Part shown: positions 63,030-63,697 of the stretch, piece by piece | How positions within the stretch are numbered: position 1 is the first letter of the stretch | Layout of the letters: each line of letters begins with the position of its first letter | From: Rhynchobatus australiae | Lineage: Eukaryota | DNA length: 63,697 bases | NCBI GenBank assembly: GCA_034780895.1 | Contig: JAUZTB010000057.1 | Location: 22,382,419 to 22,446,115, forward strand | Reading direction: 5' to 3' | Position numbers and translations under genes: made by a program | Notes under the pieces: model-generated | The model's input: only the letters and a program-made list of their open reading frames with translations | Told to the model about the DNA's origin: nothing | Database searches by the model: none

Positions 63030-63495
63030 AGGTTTTCCAGAAGAGGTTTACCAGGATGCTGCCTGGATTAGAGGGCATGTGCTATAAGGAGAGGTTGGAC
63101 AAACGGTTTGTTTTCTCTGGAGCGGCAGAGGCTGAAGGGAGACCCGATAGAAGTTTATAAAATGATGAGAGAGAGAGAATAGACAGCCAATATCTTTTTC
63201 CCGGGGTTGAAATGTCTAATACTGGAGGGCATCCATTTAAGATGACAGGGAGAAAGTTCAAAGAGAGTGTGGGTGCCTAGAATACACTGCCATGGGTGGT
63301 AGTGGAGGCAAATACAATAGAGGCACTTAAGAGGCTCTTTGATAGGCACATGAATAGGCAGAGAATGGAAGGATATAGTCAATGTGTAGGCAGAAGGTGT
63401 AGTTTAGTTAGGCATTTAATTACTAGTTTAATTAGTCTGGCAGAACATCGTGGGCCGAAGGGCCTGTTCCAGTGCCGTACTCTTCTATATTCTAT
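63030..63495 (+). mobile_element. CR1 3' end
   Basis: CAGAAGAGGTTTACCAGGATGCTGCCTGGATTAGAGG (QKRFTRMLPGLE), GAAGTTTATAAAAT, and tail GGGCCGAAGGGCCTGTTCC. Confidence 0.9.
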
Positions 63496-63697
63496 GTCAA
63501 CACTTGCCTCCCCCTGACAGTCGACACCCGTAATGAGCAACAGCAGGAGTATCACTGGGATATAGCAGAAAGAAAGTGATCTAGGTGCAGCATACTTTGA
63601 TTTTTGGATAGGGCCCCTTGTAGCTCAGCTCAGGTGCAAGCTCCCCATTTGCTGCCCAAAACGATTAAAAAGTGCAATGTGTTTACACTTACTAACA

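Larger units (their letters stand above)
35742..63697 (-). other. DTX1: DTX1 intron upstream of the exon (at least 28 kb)
   Basis: Ends in a polypyrimidine tract plus AG at 35742-35760. The WWE1 exon (..VVVWEW..FRQDT) was not found in the sequenced bases; several gaps over 250 nt could hide it. Confidence 0.65.

Overview
Draft-assembly (gap-rich) vertebrate genomic DNA, most likely from a cartilaginous fish (shark/ray), judged from its repeats: HE1-like V-SINEs, CR1/HER1-like LINEs, DeuSINEs, Rex1/Babar LINEs and Penelope-like fragments. I can support only one host coding exon: a 679-nt minus-strand exon of Deltex-1 (DTX1, Notch-pathway E3 ligase; second WWE domain plus linker) at 35063-35741, with canonical splice sites. 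The rest appears to be the two very large flanking introns (at least 35 kb and at least 28 kb). The most notable signal is about ten dispersed Penelope-like terminal repeats carrying minimal type I hammerhead ribozyme motifs. These include a nested ~600-bp fold-back cluster at 5050-5690, a recurrent non-canonical CAGAUGA core, and one copy still attached to a GIY-YIG-like endonuclease tail. Other observations: two minisatellites with higher-order structure, a tandemly amplified LINE 3' end, a MITE family, a candidate poison microexon, several CNE-like blocks, and duplications at gap edges that may be assembly artefacts. Repeat boundaries are approximate and family names come from recalled consensus motifs; no database search was run.
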